DNA from: Thainema sp.
Lineage (GTDB): Bacteria; Cyanobacteriota; Cyanobacteriia; Phormidesmidales; Phormidesmidaceae
NCBI GenBank assembly: GCA_052168235.1
Contig: JBQLZK010000003.1
Location: 32,001 to 96,000 of the forward strand
Reading direction: 5' to 3'
Length of the DNA: 64,000 nucleotides
Part shown: one piece after another, positions 9,972-22,780 of the stretch
Numbering within the stretch: the first letter of the stretch is position 1
How the letters are laid out: each line of letters starts with the position of its first letter
Position numbers and translations under genes: made by a program
Notes under the pieces: model-generated
Told to the model about the DNA's origin: nothing
The model's database searches: none
What the model saw: the letters and a program-made list of their open reading frames with translations, nothing else

Positions 9972-11471
9972 CTACTCCATAAAGCTAGTTGCGGTGAAAA
10001 AGCCGTGTAGGCTATAAGGCACGTGGTGCTTGAGTTTGAGAGTGGCAATTGGGCCACGGGTTAAGTCTTTACTATCCAAAATGACAATGTCGGTACATTG
10101 CCGCTCAGCGTTGTAGACAAAGCCAATCAGCCAACCATCGTCTTCGCGATCGGAACCGGGACGGGGCACAAAGTTAGGCTCGCCTGTGAAACCGCGCGGG
10201 GCAGCGCTCCAGATTTGCTGCTCTCCGGTTTCTAGGTCAACTTTCATGTAGGCTTGCAGCGGGGCGTTGCCGTGGGGTCGATTGGCAGCTCCCATGAACA
10301 GGTAGCGATAGGGGCGTCCGGCTCGGTCGGGATGCAGCAGGGGAAACTCGCAGCAGCGACTGACCAGGCATTCAGACGTGACGGATTTTTGGCCTACGTC
10401 AATTCGAAAACGCCAGAGCTGACCTTCGGGCACTGCTTCAAAGTCAACTTCTTTATAGTTGGTATCCGTTTCAACCTGGGGGAAAGACGCGTAGCAAACG
10501 GAGTCGAGGATAACCTGTCCATCCTGCTCAAAAGCGGCAGCGTGGTGGAACACAAAGTATGGATCAGTGTCAATAATTTGCATCTCGCCTTCGCCGTAGC
10601 GGGGAATCAGGACGATCTGGCCCGGCTTGTTTTTCTCAAAGCTGATGCACTGGGCTGCACCCTTCATCCCCAACAAGAACGGCAGCGGGTTAAACGAAAT
10701 TGGATTTTGATAAAAGATGTAGTAGTTGGGCGTCAGGGCAAAATCGTGCAGAAAGGCAAAGCCAGGGACGCTGTGGGACGACTGATGAAAGAGCTTCCCT
10801 TGCGGATCAAACTCATACATCGTAATCGTGCTGGATAGGCTAGGCTTGACGCCAAAGCCGACTAAGCTGGGCTGACCACCGATGCGATCGCAACTGGGAT
10901 CGATGCGGGGATGAGCCGTGAATGACTGACCCTCTTCCAGCACACCGTCGAGCGTGTCTCGACCAATCGTTTCCAGCGTATGAGGATTAATTTGATGGGG
11001 ATTGCCGCCTTCCCAAAGAGCGAGCAGCTTATCGCCCCAGTACATCATGCTGGTATTAGCAATATTTTTGGAACGCAGATCGAAGGCGTTTGACAACCAG
11101 CCACCGGGTTTCTGAGTGCCAAATACGCCCCGGTACAGTGGCTTTCCGGCTTTCTGCTCTTCCACATATGCTTGTGTCCGCACATAGCGATTGCGGTAGA
11201 AGGCGCGACCGTCTCGAAATGCGATCGCGTTTACCATACCATCGCCATCAAAGGGATGATGCACCGGATAGTCAGGATTGCCTGCCACATCTAACAGACC
11301 AGGGCCAACCTGAAAGATCGTGCCCTCTAGTTCTGGTGGAATCTGACCTTCAATATCTTCTACCGGATAAGCATATTCTTCGGTTTGCGAGCGATAGCCA
11401 CTGGCCCAATCTTCGCGGGTGTAGGAACGGCCCGGCTGAGTTGCATAGGCGGAATTAGGTAAAGTTTGCAT
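9972..11471 (-). CDS. Carotenoid cleavage oxygenase (RPE65/ACO family)
   Basis: HPFDGDGM, FTAHP, FLHDF, FVFHH, EFP, GEP and SLHGFF; four Fe-binding His. Confidence 0.93.
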   Translation of the reverse strand: MQTLPNSAYATQPGRSYTREDWASGYRSQTEEYAYPVEDIEGQIPPELEGTIFQVGPGLLDVAGNPDYPVHHPFDGDGMVNAIAFRDGRAFYRNRYVRTQAYVEEQKAGKPLYRGVFGTQKPGGWLSNAFDLRSKNIANTSMMYWGDKLLALWEGGNPHQINPHTLETIGRDTLDGVLEEGQSFTAHPRIDPSCDRIGGQPSLVGFGVKPSLSSTITMYEFDPQGKLFHQSSHSVPGFAFLHDFALTPNYYIFYQNPISFNPLPFLLGMKGAAQCISFEKNKPGQIVLIPRYGEGEMQIIDTDPYFVFHHAAAFEQDGQVILDSVCYASFPQVETDTNYKEVDFEAVPEGQLWRFRIDVGQKSVTSECLVSRCCEFPLLHPDRAGRPYRYLFMGAANRPHGNAPLQAYMKVDLETGEQQIWSAAPRGFTGEPNFVPRPGSDREDDGWLIGFVYNAERQCTDIVILDSKDLTRGPIATLKLKHHVPYSLHGFFTATSFME

Positions 11472-11599
11472 GTGCGATCTCACTCCAATTTAATCAACAA
11501 CGGATAGTCAAAACGGAAGTCAAAAAAAGGGGGAAACGAGACTCTGTCTCGGCTTCAATTCAACTCAGAACTTAAATTAGGATTGATACTGCGTGAGCA

Positions 11600-13120
11600 T
11601 CACGCGTCGGCTTCATCTGGTGCTGATGGTGATGCTGACGAATTTGTACCGGATGAACTTGCGCCAGATGAAGTCAAGATTTCAACGGGCGCATCAATGG
11701 GTACCCGCTCGGCCAAGTTTGGTGTCCGCAATCCGCTGGCATCAATAGCTGATTCAACTGCTGGCTGTAGATTCGGACTGTGATTAGACGGTTCTTCAGT
11801 ATCACCATCCTCACTACCCGCGCTGGTGTCTGGGAGCCAGCCCAACAGAGGCAGCGGCAGCAGCGTACTGATATTCGTCAGCACCACCAGCAGCCAGAGA
11901 TTGTCGAACTGACTTTCGGTAATGCCAAACAGGTGCATCAGGCCCGCACCAAACTCGTAGGACAGCAGACCCGCCAGGTTTGTCACCGACATCAACAGGG
12001 CAAATAGGGTTGCTTCCACTCCCGGCGGACAGAGCCGCGCCGCTAGCACCAGCACGGGCATAAAGGCAATCTCGCCCATGACGGTCAGAATCAAGCTGTC
12101 GCCCAAGCTAAACCAGTGATCGTCGATCCCAATCGCGCGATTCGCGTGGGTCACCAGCAGCAGCGTGGTCATGCCTAAAAGGGCGGATAACACTGTCGTC
12201 CAGCCAAAAATGGTGCGAAACGGTACTGACTTAAGAAAGCGCTGAAAAATCCAGATACCTGCGATCGCAGCGACGCTCGTTACCAGCCGCACTCGACCAA
12301 GAAATTCTGGCTGAAATCCCAGTTCATTAGTGGTGAAAAAGAAAAAGGCTGCATCAGCCGTTGGCGTCGCCTGCCAGAGAAACAAAAACGCAGTTGGCAT
12401 CCAGATCGACTTTTTGCTGACCGCTTGCTTAAGCTGCTTCACCTGTCCCCAAATAACTGAAAACTTAGGTGCTTCAACCACAGGTGACTCGTCAATTAAC
12501 CAGGCAACGGCAGCTACAATCAACGGAAACGTTGCGGTGATGCCAAACACTACGCTGACACTAAACTGCTCCAGCAGGAACCCGCTTAGGTACGCTGTGA
12601 CCAAACCACCAAAGGCCGAGGTGCCCCAGCATAGTGACTGCAATGAGCCAATCTGGCTTTGAGATTCTGATCGCGCCCGCTCAACAACAAGGGAATCGAC
12701 GATTACGTCACTAATTGCCACCGATAAGGAGGTCGCCAGAATTGCCAGCGTCGCAGCCCACACTGTATGTACAACTGTCGCAAGGGCAATCCAAGATCCT
12801 GCGCCTAAAATGCCTGACAGGATGAGATAGGGGCGACGACGGTAGCGAAATAGGGGAAATCCGTCCGAAATAAAGCCAAACAGCGGCTTAGTCGTCCACG
12901 GCAGCGAAGCAATTCCCATCAGCGCCGACACAGCGGCAGGACTCATGGCAATGTCGTCCTTCAGGAAAAAACTCACGGCCAACCGAGCCAGTCCCAGAAT
13001 GCCCTGCACAAAGTAGACCATCAGGATGGCCACCAGTTCAGTACTCAGCTCGTTGCCAAACAGTACCCGCCGCGAAACGGTGTCTTTCAGCCGGGTTAAG
13101 TCGAACGGAGACGCTGTCAT
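11600..13120 (-). CDS. Folate/biopterin (BT1) MFS transporter
   Basis: VYFVQG, LPWTTKPLFGFISD, YRRRPY, CPPGVEATLFALLMS. Confidence 0.92.
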   Translation of the reverse strand: MTASPFDLTRLKDTVSRRVLFGNELSTELVAILMVYFVQGILGLARLAVSFFLKDDIAMSPAAVSALMGIASLPWTTKPLFGFISDGFPLFRYRRRPYLILSGILGAGSWIALATVVHTVWAATLAILATSLSVAISDVIVDSLVVERARSESQSQIGSLQSLCWGTSAFGGLVTAYLSGFLLEQFSVSVVFGITATFPLIVAAVAWLIDESPVVEAPKFSVIWGQVKQLKQAVSKKSIWMPTAFLFLWQATPTADAAFFFFTTNELGFQPEFLGRVRLVTSVAAIAGIWIFQRFLKSVPFRTIFGWTTVLSALLGMTTLLLVTHANRAIGIDDHWFSLGDSLILTVMGEIAFMPVLVLAARLCPPGVEATLFALLMSVTNLAGLLSYEFGAGLMHLFGITESQFDNLWLLVVLTNISTLLPLPLLGWLPDTSAGSEDGDTEEPSNHSPNLQPAVESAIDASGLRTPNLAERVPIDAPVEILTSSGASSSGTNSSASPSAPDEADA

Positions 13121-13327
13121 GCAAAAAGTTTTGTAAAGAAATTTCAACTTTCCTCATGATAGCCTCGTTGTCTAATCAGAGTCTGGATCGATGGTTAGAT
13201 CCTGCCAATCCCAGATCTTGCTCTAGACTCATAGAGTAACGATGTCAGTAATCAATGATTGATCTGTCTGGTGAAGTTGCGGATAATGAAAAAAATATGA
13301 AGACCGATCGCAATTTGCCATTTTTCT

Positions 13328-13741
13328 GTGACTGGAACACCTTCTTCCCCGGCTGAACTGGCTGCTGATCCCCTTTCTGATACAGATCCCACAGATCCTA
13401 TCGATTCTCAACCTGTAGCCGAGCCGCTTGCCTCCTCTGAGCCCACTCCTCACCGTCCATCTGGCGCATTCAAAGCCTTTCTCTCAACGTTTATAACCAT
13501 CCTGCTGGCCGAACTAGGCGACAAAACTCAGCTTACGACGCTGCTGATGAGCGCAGAGTCCCACTCTCCTTGGATTGTGTTCTTGGGGGCAGGTACGGCT
13601 TTAATTGCCACTAGCCTGCTGGGAGTGCTAGTGGGCCGCTGGCTGTCTACGCGAGTGTCAGCTCGCACGATTGAAACAGCGGCTGGAGCGACCTTGCTGC
13701 TGATCGCGGTGCTGCTGCTGTGGGATATCACTCATCTGTAA
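13328..13741 (+). CDS. TMEM165/GDT1 (UPF0016) half-size Mn/Ca transporter subunit
   Basis: ELGDKTQ motif and three TM helices. Confidence 0.9.
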   Translation: MTGTPSSPAELAADPLSDTDPTDPIDSQPVAEPLASSEPTPHRPSGAFKAFLSTFITILLAELGDKTQLTTLLMSAESHSPWIVFLGAGTALIATSLLGVLVGRWLSTRVSARTIETAAGATLLLIAVLLLWDITHL

Positions 13742-13886
13742 ATTTCGACCATTGTTGATTGGTAGCGCAGGTGTAAGGGTGGGATTAGCCACGAAACAAC
13801 AAACTGGATCGATCGCGATCAGCACAACTCAACCTCCGCACACAACTTTTTGAAGCTTACATTTCAGTTATATTTCAGGTGTCAGT

Positions 13887-14186
13887 ATGGATTGGAATTT
13901 GCTTGGACTGAGCTTTGTGGCGGTTTTTCTGTCTGAATTGGGCGATAAAAGTCAGTTGGCCGCGATCGCACTTGGCGGCAGTTCCAGATACCCTAAGGCT
14001 GTTTTCCTCGGCACGGCCAGTGCTTTAGTTCTCACCAGCTTTGTGGGGGTGTGGCTGGGTGAAGGTGCGGCTCAGCTTTTGCCGACCTACTGGGTTAAAG
14101 GCGCAGCCGCAGTTGGGTTCGCCGTCCTAGGGGTGCGGCTGCTGTGGCCCGAAGATAAGAAACGCGAGGATAAGAAAAGCAAATAA
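13887..14186 (+). CDS. TMEM165/GDT1 (UPF0016) half-size transporter, partner subunit
   Basis: ELGDKSQ motif; tandem with the previous gene, as in cyanobacterial hemi-transporter pairs. Confidence 0.9.
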   Translation: MDWNLLGLSFVAVFLSELGDKSQLAAIALGGSSRYPKAVFLGTASALVLTSFVGVWLGEGAAQLLPTYWVKGAAAVGFAVLGVRLLWPEDKKREDKKSK

Positions 14187-14199
14187 AAAGCAAATAAGA

Positions 14200-14225
14200 A
14201 AAAGGGATGACATGTCATCCCTTTT
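14200..14225. terminator. Perfect palindrome between convergent genes (bidirectional terminator candidate)
   Basis: AAAAGGGATGACATGTCATCCCTTTT, with A/T tracts at both ends. Confidence 0.65.
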
Positions 14226-14392
14226 CACTATCTCAGGAAGATTAACCTTAGAAAGACTAATTCTGCAGTTCTGTGTTATCTGCCTGTCTTGTCCGGCCTG
14301 TCTTAACCCTGGCCTGTTTTAGCTTGTCTGACTGAATCTGTCCTACGGACACACGCCGTTGATAGCGCTGCAACCAGCCTTGCCAGGTCACT

Positions 14393-14932
14393 CTAGCCGA
14401 GAAGAAGTTGATTCGGAGAATCTTCGTCATCTGAGCTGAAGCCAACCCGTCGCACCATTGCCACGACAGCGACCAGCTTGATAATCTCAAGCAGCCAATA
14501 CTCGACATGCAGCCGATTCATCGCAGCGGGAACTTCAGCAATCTGATCAAACGGCTGAAGTTGAAGACCTAAGCCGCTCATTTCGGGCGTGAGACCATAG
14601 GTGTAAATCACCGCGATCGAAAATAGTAAACCTGCGATCGCAAGTACTTGATTGGCTTGTGATTTAATCGCTGATTTACTAGCTGCATTAAAGCCCCAAT
14701 TTGCTAAAGCAATTGTTAAAATCATTGCTCCGCAAACGAGTTCTAAACGATTAAATACTCCAAATATTGAATAGCTAGCCGACGCAAATCCAGATTCAGC
14801 CATCATGCCCGATGCGTATAGGCTTGGCATGATCACAAAGTCCAGCAAAATGCTGCCGCTTAGCCAAAATAAAAGGCTAATAATTAGCACATTGTGCCAA
14901 GTTGAGCGTTTTGACCAAAACTGAGAAAACAT
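14393..14932 (-). CDS. DUF4149-type membrane protein
   Basis: Four TM helices; LDFVIMPSLY, FNRLEL, MNRLHxxYWxLE. Confidence 0.75.
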   Translation of the reverse strand: MFSQFWSKRSTWHNVLIISLLFWLSGSILLDFVIMPSLYASGMMAESGFASASYSIFGVFNRLELVCGAMILTIALANWGFNAASKSAIKSQANQVLAIAGLLFSIAVIYTYGLTPEMSGLGLQLQPFDQIAEVPAAMNRLHVEYWLLEIIKLVAVVAMVRRVGFSSDDEDSPNQLLLG

Positions 14933-15472
14933 AATGACGTACTCGGTTTTATGATGACGTATGAGCTTATTCTCAGCTTATCGAATCATTGCAGTGTTTG
15001 CAGTGAACTATTCTTGCGAAAACCATACTCACAAGCTTTACTTGAATTTACATAATGTTGAAGTGATGACTAACAGTGAATTAGTTCGTAATATTTGGAC
15101 ATATTCGCTCATCAACTCAGCGTTTTTTGTAAGCCGAAATGATTTGAGAAGCCGACGTTCAAGCTACATGAACGGACTGCTGTCACTGCGATACAGGCAA
15201 ATGACAACCCTTAATTCCAATGCATAAATTGCAAGACCAATGTCCGAGCTTGTTGTTAATCAGTTTCGATCATCCTCACTCTGCTAGCGGCCAAATACTA
15301 AATATTTCTTAGTGTTTTGCGCGAAACAGCTTCATCCTTCGTCATACTTTATAAAGCTGTAGCACTGACTTGATCCTCATAACATGCGCTCTATTGCACT
15401 CTTTGGGTTGAGGTTTTGTCTTTGCGTTCAGCGCTAAACCTTGAATATAGATTTTGTACGGACTCGATTTAC

Positions 15473-17890
15473 ATGGATCAAACGCCGCTCCTTCAGCCCC
15501 AGACGCCTGATCAATCGGCCACGCCGACCGATGTCGTATCGACATCTTATCCATCCGCTCCAAAAGAATCTGCCACCAAGACCGTTGCGCTCAGCGTAGA
15601 TGGGATGCGCTGTGCAGGCTGCGTCAAGGTAGTTGAGGATCGGCTGAAAGCTTGCGATGGCGTGGTGGCGGCAACGGTCAATCTGGTCACACAGACCGCC
15701 ATTGTGGAAGGACAGGCTGATGTGATTCAAGCCGATGAGTTAGCCCAAGTCGTCACCGATGCTGGCTTTCCCAGTCAGCCGCGATCGCAAACCAGCACCG
15801 CCGCGTCAATGGCCGAACGGGAAGAAAAGCGGCAGCAAGAAACCCGTCAGTACTACTGGCGAGGTGCGATCGCAGGTTTTCTACTGTTATTCTCGGCCTT
15901 TGGTCATCTAGAGCATTTGGGCTGGGTTGCCGGTGTGCCTGTCCTGAGCAACATTTGGTTCCACTGGGGTTTAGCAACACTGGCTTTGGCGATACCCGGT
16001 CGCGACCTGCTGCTGGATGGCTGGAAGGGGTTGCGGCACGGTGCCCCCAATATGAATACGCTGGTGGGATTGGGGACGCTCAGTGCTTACACCGCCAGCG
16101 TGGTGGCGCTGCTCTGGCCGCAGTTGGGCTGGGAGTGCTTCTTCGACGAGCCTGTTATGCTACTCAGCTTTATTCTGATTGGCCGGACGCTGGAACACCG
16201 CGCCCGCAGTCGAGCGGCACGGGCGTTTGAATTCCTGGTTCAGCTCCAGCCCAATACGGCACGTTTGGTGTCTGATCCCAGTCAGTCCGGTACTCCAGCG
16301 AGCGTCGAGTTGCCCATTGAACAAATCCAAGTCGGCGAATGGGTGCAGGTACTGCCGGGTGAAAAATTCCCAGTTGACGGCGATGTGGTGCAGGGACAAA
16401 CCACTGTTGATGAATCAATGCTGACGGGCGAATCGACGCCTGTGCTCAAGCAGGCTGAAGATGCGGTTGCTGCTGGCACGGTTAATCAAACTGGAGCCGT
16501 GATTCTACAGGTGACGCGCACCGGAGCCGATACAACGCTAGCCCAGATGATTGCCCTGGTCGAAGATGCCCAAACCCGCAAAGCGCCGATTCAACGACTG
16601 GCAGATACGGTAGCGGGTTACTTCACCTACGGCGTACTGACGATTGCAGCGTTGACTTTTGGCTTCTGGTACTTCATCGGCCTGTCGATTTGGCCAGACG
16701 TGCTGGCCGTTCCCTCGGAAATGCCTACGATGATGACGGGGATGGTGCATCACGCGACTACTCATACCTCGCCGTTACTATTCAGCCTCAAACTTGCGAT
16801 CTCAGTTATGGTGGTGGCCTGTCCCTGTGCCTTGGGCTTAGCCACACCGACGGCAATCCTGGTCGGAACCGGACTAGGAGCCGAACGGGGCTTGCTGATT
16901 CGTGGCGGCGACGTGCTGGAAACGGTACATAAGTTGGATACGGTCGTATTTGACAAAACCGGAACGCTCACGACGGGGCAGCCGGAGCTGACCGACTGCA
17001 TTTCTCTACAGGCTGGCTACGACGAGAAACGGCTGATTCAACTGGCGGCAACGGTGGAAAGCGGCACCCGCCATCCGCTGGCCGAAGCAATACGCCGCGC
17101 GGCTGATAATCGCGGAATCTCGATCTGCGCTGCCGATGAATTTACGACGCAGCCCGGATTGGGAATTTCGGCTGTAATTGACCAGCAGCGGGTTTATCTC
17201 GGCAATCGCGACTGGCTGGTGCGCCAGGAAATTTTAATCGACGATGCCGTAACCCAGCAGGCAGAGGCGTTATCGACCACGGGCGCAACGGTTGTATTTA
17301 TCGCTGTCGAACAGCAGGTGGTTGGACTGCTTGGCATTCGTGACACGCTGCGCCCTGATGCTATAGATGTGGTCAAACGGCTCCAGCCGCTGCACATCAT
17401 GCTGATTACGGGCGATCAGCCGACAACCGCCACTGCGATCGCAACTTCTCTCGGCCTAGACGAAACCGCTGTTTTGGCCAACGTGAAGCCGGATGAAAAG
17501 GTGAAAGCGATCATGCAACTCCAGCAGCAGGGCCAGCGGGTGGCCATGGTCGGCGACGGCATCAACGATGCACCAGCCCTCGCCCAAGCCGATGTTGGCA
17601 TTGCGCTCAACTCCGGCACCGATATCGCCATTGAAGCCGCTGATATCATCCTGATGCGCGATCGCTTACTCGATGTCGTCGAGGCAATTGGTCTCAGCCA
17701 AGCCACGTTTAGTAAAATTCGTCAAAATCTGTTTTGGGCACTAGCTTACAACGCTATAGGCATTCCCGTGGCGGCAGGTGTGTTATTACCCGCGTTTGGG
17801 ATTGCGTTTAGCCCTGCGATCGCAGGTGCGCTGATGGCCTTTAGCTCAGTCAGCGTTGTGACCAATTCCTTGCTGCTACGTCGCAGGTAG
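15473..17890 (+). CDS. ctaA: Copper-translocating P1B-1 ATPase (CtaA/PAA1-like)
   Basis: HMA GMRCAGC, TGES, CPC, DKTGT, HP, GDGIND, YN, Mxx[11 protein letters not shown] is typical of the CtaA/PAA1 type. Confidence 0.88.
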   Translation: MDQTPLLQPQTPDQSATPTDVVSTSYPSAPKESATKTVALSVDGMRCAGCVKVVEDRLKACDGVVAATVNLVTQTAIVEGQADVIQADELAQVVTDAGFPSQPRSQTSTAASMAEREEKRQQETRQYYWRGAIAGFLLLFSAFGHLEHLGWVAGVPVLSNIWFHWGLATLALAIPGRDLLLDGWKGLRHGAPNMNTLVGLGTLSAYTASVVALLWPQLGWECFFDEPVMLLSFILIGRTLEHRARSRAARAFEFLVQLQPNTARLVSDPSQSGTPASVELPIEQIQVGEWVQVLPGEKFPVDGDVVQGQTTVDESMLTGESTPVLKQAEDAVAAGTVNQTGAVILQVTRTGADTTLAQMIALVEDAQTRKAPIQRLADTVAGYFTYGVLTIAALTFGFWYFIGLSIWPDVLAVPSEMPTMMTGMVHHATTHTSPLLFSLKLAISVMVVACPCALGLATPTAILVGTGLGAERGLLIRGGDVLETVHKLDTVVFDKTGTLTTGQPELTDCISLQAGYDEKRLIQLAATVESGTRHPLAEAIRRAADNRGISICAADEFTTQPGLGISAVIDQQRVYLGNRDWLVRQEILIDDAVTQQAEALSTTGATVVFIAVEQQVVGLLGIRDTLRPDAIDVVKRLQPLHIMLITGDQPTTATAIATSLGLDETAVLANVKPDEKVKAIMQLQQQGQRVAMVGDGINDAPALAQADVGIALNSGTDIAIEAADIILMRDRLLDVVEAIGLSQATFSKIRQNLFWALAYNAIGIPVAAGVLLPAFGIAFSPAIAGALMAFSSVSVVTNSLLLRRR

Positions 17891-18286
17891 GCATCCAATC
17901 CTCCTCCTCAGACGTACTAGAAATAGCTATGCCAGTTTTTAGGAGATCTAACTGTTAACATAGGTTGGACTCACCAGTAATGAAAAGGATTCTAGTATCA
18001 TGGATCAGCGAACATCATTGCGTATTGCCGGGTACAGCGCTAGATATTACCCAATACGGGCGATGCAAGCCAGCCAGTAGCACTCTATAGTAAGGCTTAA
18101 TTTGGGCAGCATCTGCGAAACCAAAGCCAACTAGAGTGGTTTTGGATTTCGGGCAGAACAGGCACAGCTCAATCATTTTTTACTTCTAAACTCGCAACTG
18201 TTTCCCGAATGTGGGAACTCTAAAAACAGCTAAGATGCAGGTACTCCGCATCAATGGCGTTGCTCATCATATCCCCTGGTTTGAAC

Positions 18287-18709
18287 ATGGCTTCAGAACC
18301 TCACCAAAACCATCTATTCATCATTGAAGACAGCAAGGGTCGGCGAGAATACATTTTGGATAGCCCGGTGTATACGATTGGGCGCGATCCAAAGTGCGAT
18401 ATTCGCCTGGTCTCTCAGTTTGTGTCCCGCCGACACGCTACGCTCGTTCAGTTGCCTAATGAAGACGGCAGCTACTACTATCGCATTGTCGATGGCAACC
18501 TGAAGGGCAAACCCAGTGCGAATGGTTTGCTAATCAACGGGCGCAAGCTACAGGCGCACGATTTGCAAAACGAGGATGAAATTGTTTTTGGACCTCAAGT
18601 GCGGGCAATTTACTACCTACTCCAGCGAGAGGCAATTACCACCGTACCACCCGACGAATTTGATATCACGCTGATTAGCCCTAACATGGTGGGTGATCCA
18701 GAAGATTAA
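18287..18709 (+). CDS. FHA-domain protein
   Basis: IGR, VSRRH and SANG conserved FHA residues. Confidence 0.9.
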   Translation: MASEPHQNHLFIIEDSKGRREYILDSPVYTIGRDPKCDIRLVSQFVSRRHATLVQLPNEDGSYYYRIVDGNLKGKPSANGLLINGRKLQAHDLQNEDEIVFGPQVRAIYYLLQREAITTVPPDEFDITLISPNMVGDPED

Positions 18710-18899
18710 GTTCAACTTAGCGAGCAGCGATGCTCAAGTTTAAAACCAATCAAATTCGAGCTAGATTGACGATGATCTGTCGATTAAAGGATTTATTGGT
18801 TAAATCGATATCTAAACAAAGATGAGTGGCAGTAGGTGAGGTGAGTTGCGACCCGTTAACAACTTAGCGCAGGCTCTAAGTTGATGGGTATGAACAGAT

Positions 18900-18960
18900 T
18901 CAAAGTTTAAGAACCGGGGAAGCCATTTAATAGATGGCTTCCCCGGTTCTTAAACTTTGA
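18900..18960. repeat. Perfect 27-bp-stem hairpin between convergent genes
   Basis: TCAAAGTTTAAGAACCGGGGAAGCCAT-TTAATAG-ATGGCTTCCCCGGTTCTTAAACTTTGA. Confidence 0.85.
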
Positions 18961-19059
18961 GCGTATTTTATGTAGCTACTTAGCACTCATGACCAATCGC
19001 CAAGTTCATCACCCAAAAATTACAAACACTAGCCAAAGACCGACAAAACCGAATTAGGG

Positions 19060-19401
19060 CTAGGTGAGGCTCTCGACCAGCTTCCACTGCTGACGATCTG
19101 CGATCGCTTTATTTAGATGATCAAAAATCCGGTGGCAGTGATTATCCGCTTTGAGGGGCAGCTCCTCGTTTTTCACCACAAAGTTCATGCGAGTTTCGTC
19201 GTTGACGGCTGACTGATCCAGTAGCACTTCTACAGTGACCAGTCTCGCAAAGCTCACTTTGCCTGGTTTTTCTCGCGCCACAAGGTAGTCACCTGTATCG
19301 TAAATAATGTCAAAGCTACAGGATTCCAACGTCTTGTGTAGAGCCTCGCGCAGGCCCTCAATCTCGGTATTGGTAGTAAACAAACTGGTATAACGAGCCA
19401 T
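19060..19401 (-). CDS. Conserved hypothetical cyanobacterial protein
   Basis: MARYTSLF...ARE...VTVEVL...VKNEELPL..DNHC; AAGGA upstream. Confidence 0.75.
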   Translation of the reverse strand: MARYTSLFTTNTEIEGLREALHKTLESCSFDIIYDTGDYLVAREKPGKVSFARLVTVEVLLDQSAVNDETRMNFVVKNEELPLKADNHCHRIFDHLNKAIADRQQWKLVESLT

Positions 19402-19488
19402 AAGTAATCCTTAGCATATAAAGTTTCCACAACGGTATTTGGAAACGAAGTTTTGGCTATCAGCCTTTTCTTAAGTTAAAGGTAATCA

Positions 19489-19586
19489 GTACCTGAGCGT
19501 AATTAAAACCAGGTCTCAAACCCTGCGCTGCCCGCGCAGCGGGTGGCGCAGGGTTTGAGGTTTTATATTTCATTATGCTCAGCTAC
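19489..19586. mobile_element. MITE-like element (imperfect 19-bp TIRs) with internal 21-bp hairpin
   Basis: GTACCTGAGCGTAATTAAA vs reverse complement of right end GTAGCTGAGCATAATGAAA (16/19). Hairpin at 19515-19559. Confidence 0.6.
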
Positions 19587-19958
19587 CTGGAGACAACCAC
19601 AGGCTGACTCCAACCTTCAGAATAGCAACCTTTGATCGAATCAGATGGTGAGCTGTATGAGAATCGACTCTAAACCTGGCTAGATTCTAAGCTGAAACGC
19701 CTACGCTGTCTGCATGGCAGCCAAAGTTCTAGTCCCGCCATGAGCCGAGAAAAGCTCCACTCATATTTTGAACGAAAAATTTCATTCAGCAGCATATTTC
19801 GGTAGCCTTATGCCCTGCTTTACCTATTGGCCAAGGCTTGTGAATCCTTCAGGCTATAGGTTTGAGCCTATCGGGTGCCCGGTATACCTATCTTTTGAAC
19901 GACGACAAGGTGCAAGCTGATCGCTACAACAAAGTAACACGATAATCATGATCACCAG

Positions 19959-20591
19959 ATGTACTCGAACCATTCTCCTAACAAACATTCAGCGCCTCAA
20001 TCCGGAACCTTTCAAAATTGGGGTTCTCAGTGCTGGACATCCTGGATATCAACCTGGACACTAACGACAATCCGAGCGGCTGGTATCTGTGCTGTAGTGC
20101 TACTCTGCTGCTGTACATTCTGGTTGATGGCTCCTGCGATCGCATCCGCTAGACCACTACTGGCTACGCCATCGCATACTCTATCGCCCGACCTGTTGCC
20201 TCATCCACTTCAGCACCCTATCCAGATCGCCCAGGCCGATCAGGTTATTGAAGGTAAACCCACGACAGATCCCGATCCGTCTTTTGACCTAGACAAAGCT
20301 GCTGATAAGGCAGAAGAAGCCTCTGAAAAGGTTTATCAGGGTTTAGAAGATACACAAAAGCTCTATGGCAAAGATCAGAAACCCATTCATACCGTGATTG
20401 AGGATGCCCGCGATCGCGCCAGCGGTAAGTGGCAAAATTTGGCCGATAAAGCCCGCGCTGCCCAGGAAAATGACAACGTCTCTCTATCCCCAGCTGAAAA
20501 ACACATACTGAAGCGGTTTATCAATCGGCAAAGCCAGCGAGATGCCGTGCAGCAACCAGCAACCAGCAACCGGATGCCCAGTGGGTTTTAA
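19959..20591 (+). CDS. Hypothetical exported protein with hydrophilic helical C-terminus
   Basis: Hydrophobic segment followed by a charged Ala/Lys/Glu-rich region. Start uncertain. Confidence 0.6.
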   Translation: MYSNHSPNKHSAPQSGTFQNWGSQCWTSWISTWTLTTIRAAGICAVVLLCCCTFWLMAPAIASARPLLATPSHTLSPDLLPHPLQHPIQIAQADQVIEGKPTTDPDPSFDLDKAADKAEEASEKVYQGLEDTQKLYGKDQKPIHTVIEDARDRASGKWQNLADKARAAQENDNVSLSPAEKHILKRFINRQSQRDAVQQPATSNRMPSGF

Positions 20592-20676
20592 TGGGACATC
20601 ATTACAGAACAAAGCGCTGAGTGCTGAGTGACGCTGGAAAACTCTGAAAACGTTCAAATTTAAACGTCGGGTTTTG

Positions 20677-20769
20677 TATAGTGATTCCAGTTAAGAGTGA
20701 GAAAACGAGAGAGGAGAGTGCCTCATCCTGAGGCACTCTCCTCTCTCGTTCTTATCTAGAACCCCTATA
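20677..20769. mobile_element. MITE-like element (TATAG...CTATA TIRs) with internal perfect 22-bp hairpin
   Basis: TATAGTGATTCCAGTTAAGA vs reverse complement of right end TATAGGGGTTCTAGATAAGA (16/20). Hairpin at 20704-20750. Confidence 0.6.
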
Positions 20770-20821
20770 AATGTCTGGACCAAAGTGGCGACGGCTATAC
20801 AAAATTGATCTCGAAAAACAG

Positions 20822-20852
20822 CACCGCACCATCACGTTTTGATGGTGCGGTG
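20822..20852. terminator. 13-bp hairpin downstream of groEL2
   Basis: CACCGCACCATCA-CGTTT-TGATGGTGCGGTG, followed by a T tract on the minus strand. Confidence 0.6.
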
Positions 20853-20907
20853 ACTTTTAAGGATTACAAACCTTGAGCTTGAGTAGCTTAAGTATCAGGG
20901 GGATGGC

Positions 20908-22611
<1,704 letters not shown>

Positions 22612-22638
22612 TTAGCACTCTGTTGAAAGGAGTGCTAA
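22612..22638. promoter_or_regulatory. CIRCE element (HrcA operator)
   Basis: Perfect TTAGCACTC-N9-GAGTGCTAA, 30 nt upstream of the groEL start. Confidence 0.97.
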
Positions 22639-22647
22639 TCCGAAAGA

Positions 22648-22663
22648 GGACGGATAACCGAAC
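22648..22663 (-). promoter_or_regulatory. K-box-like heat-shock element
   Basis: Minus strand GTTCGG-TTAT-CCGTCC vs consensus GTTCGG-NNAN-CCNNAC (one mismatch), just upstream of CIRCE. Confidence 0.65.
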
Positions 22664-22780
22664 GTAGGCTAGACAAAATGTGTAAGTCTTAAATCATGTT
22701 TGGCCCAAACGTGCGCATCGTACACATTTGGGCCAAACATTAAAGACGCTTTAAGTTAACGCCTTCAGTTAACGTCTCAG

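Noticed and set aside
18980..19006. TTAGCACTC as a second CIRCE
   Set aside because: Only the left half-site is present; after N9 the sequence is CGCCAAGTT, and it lies between convergent genes.
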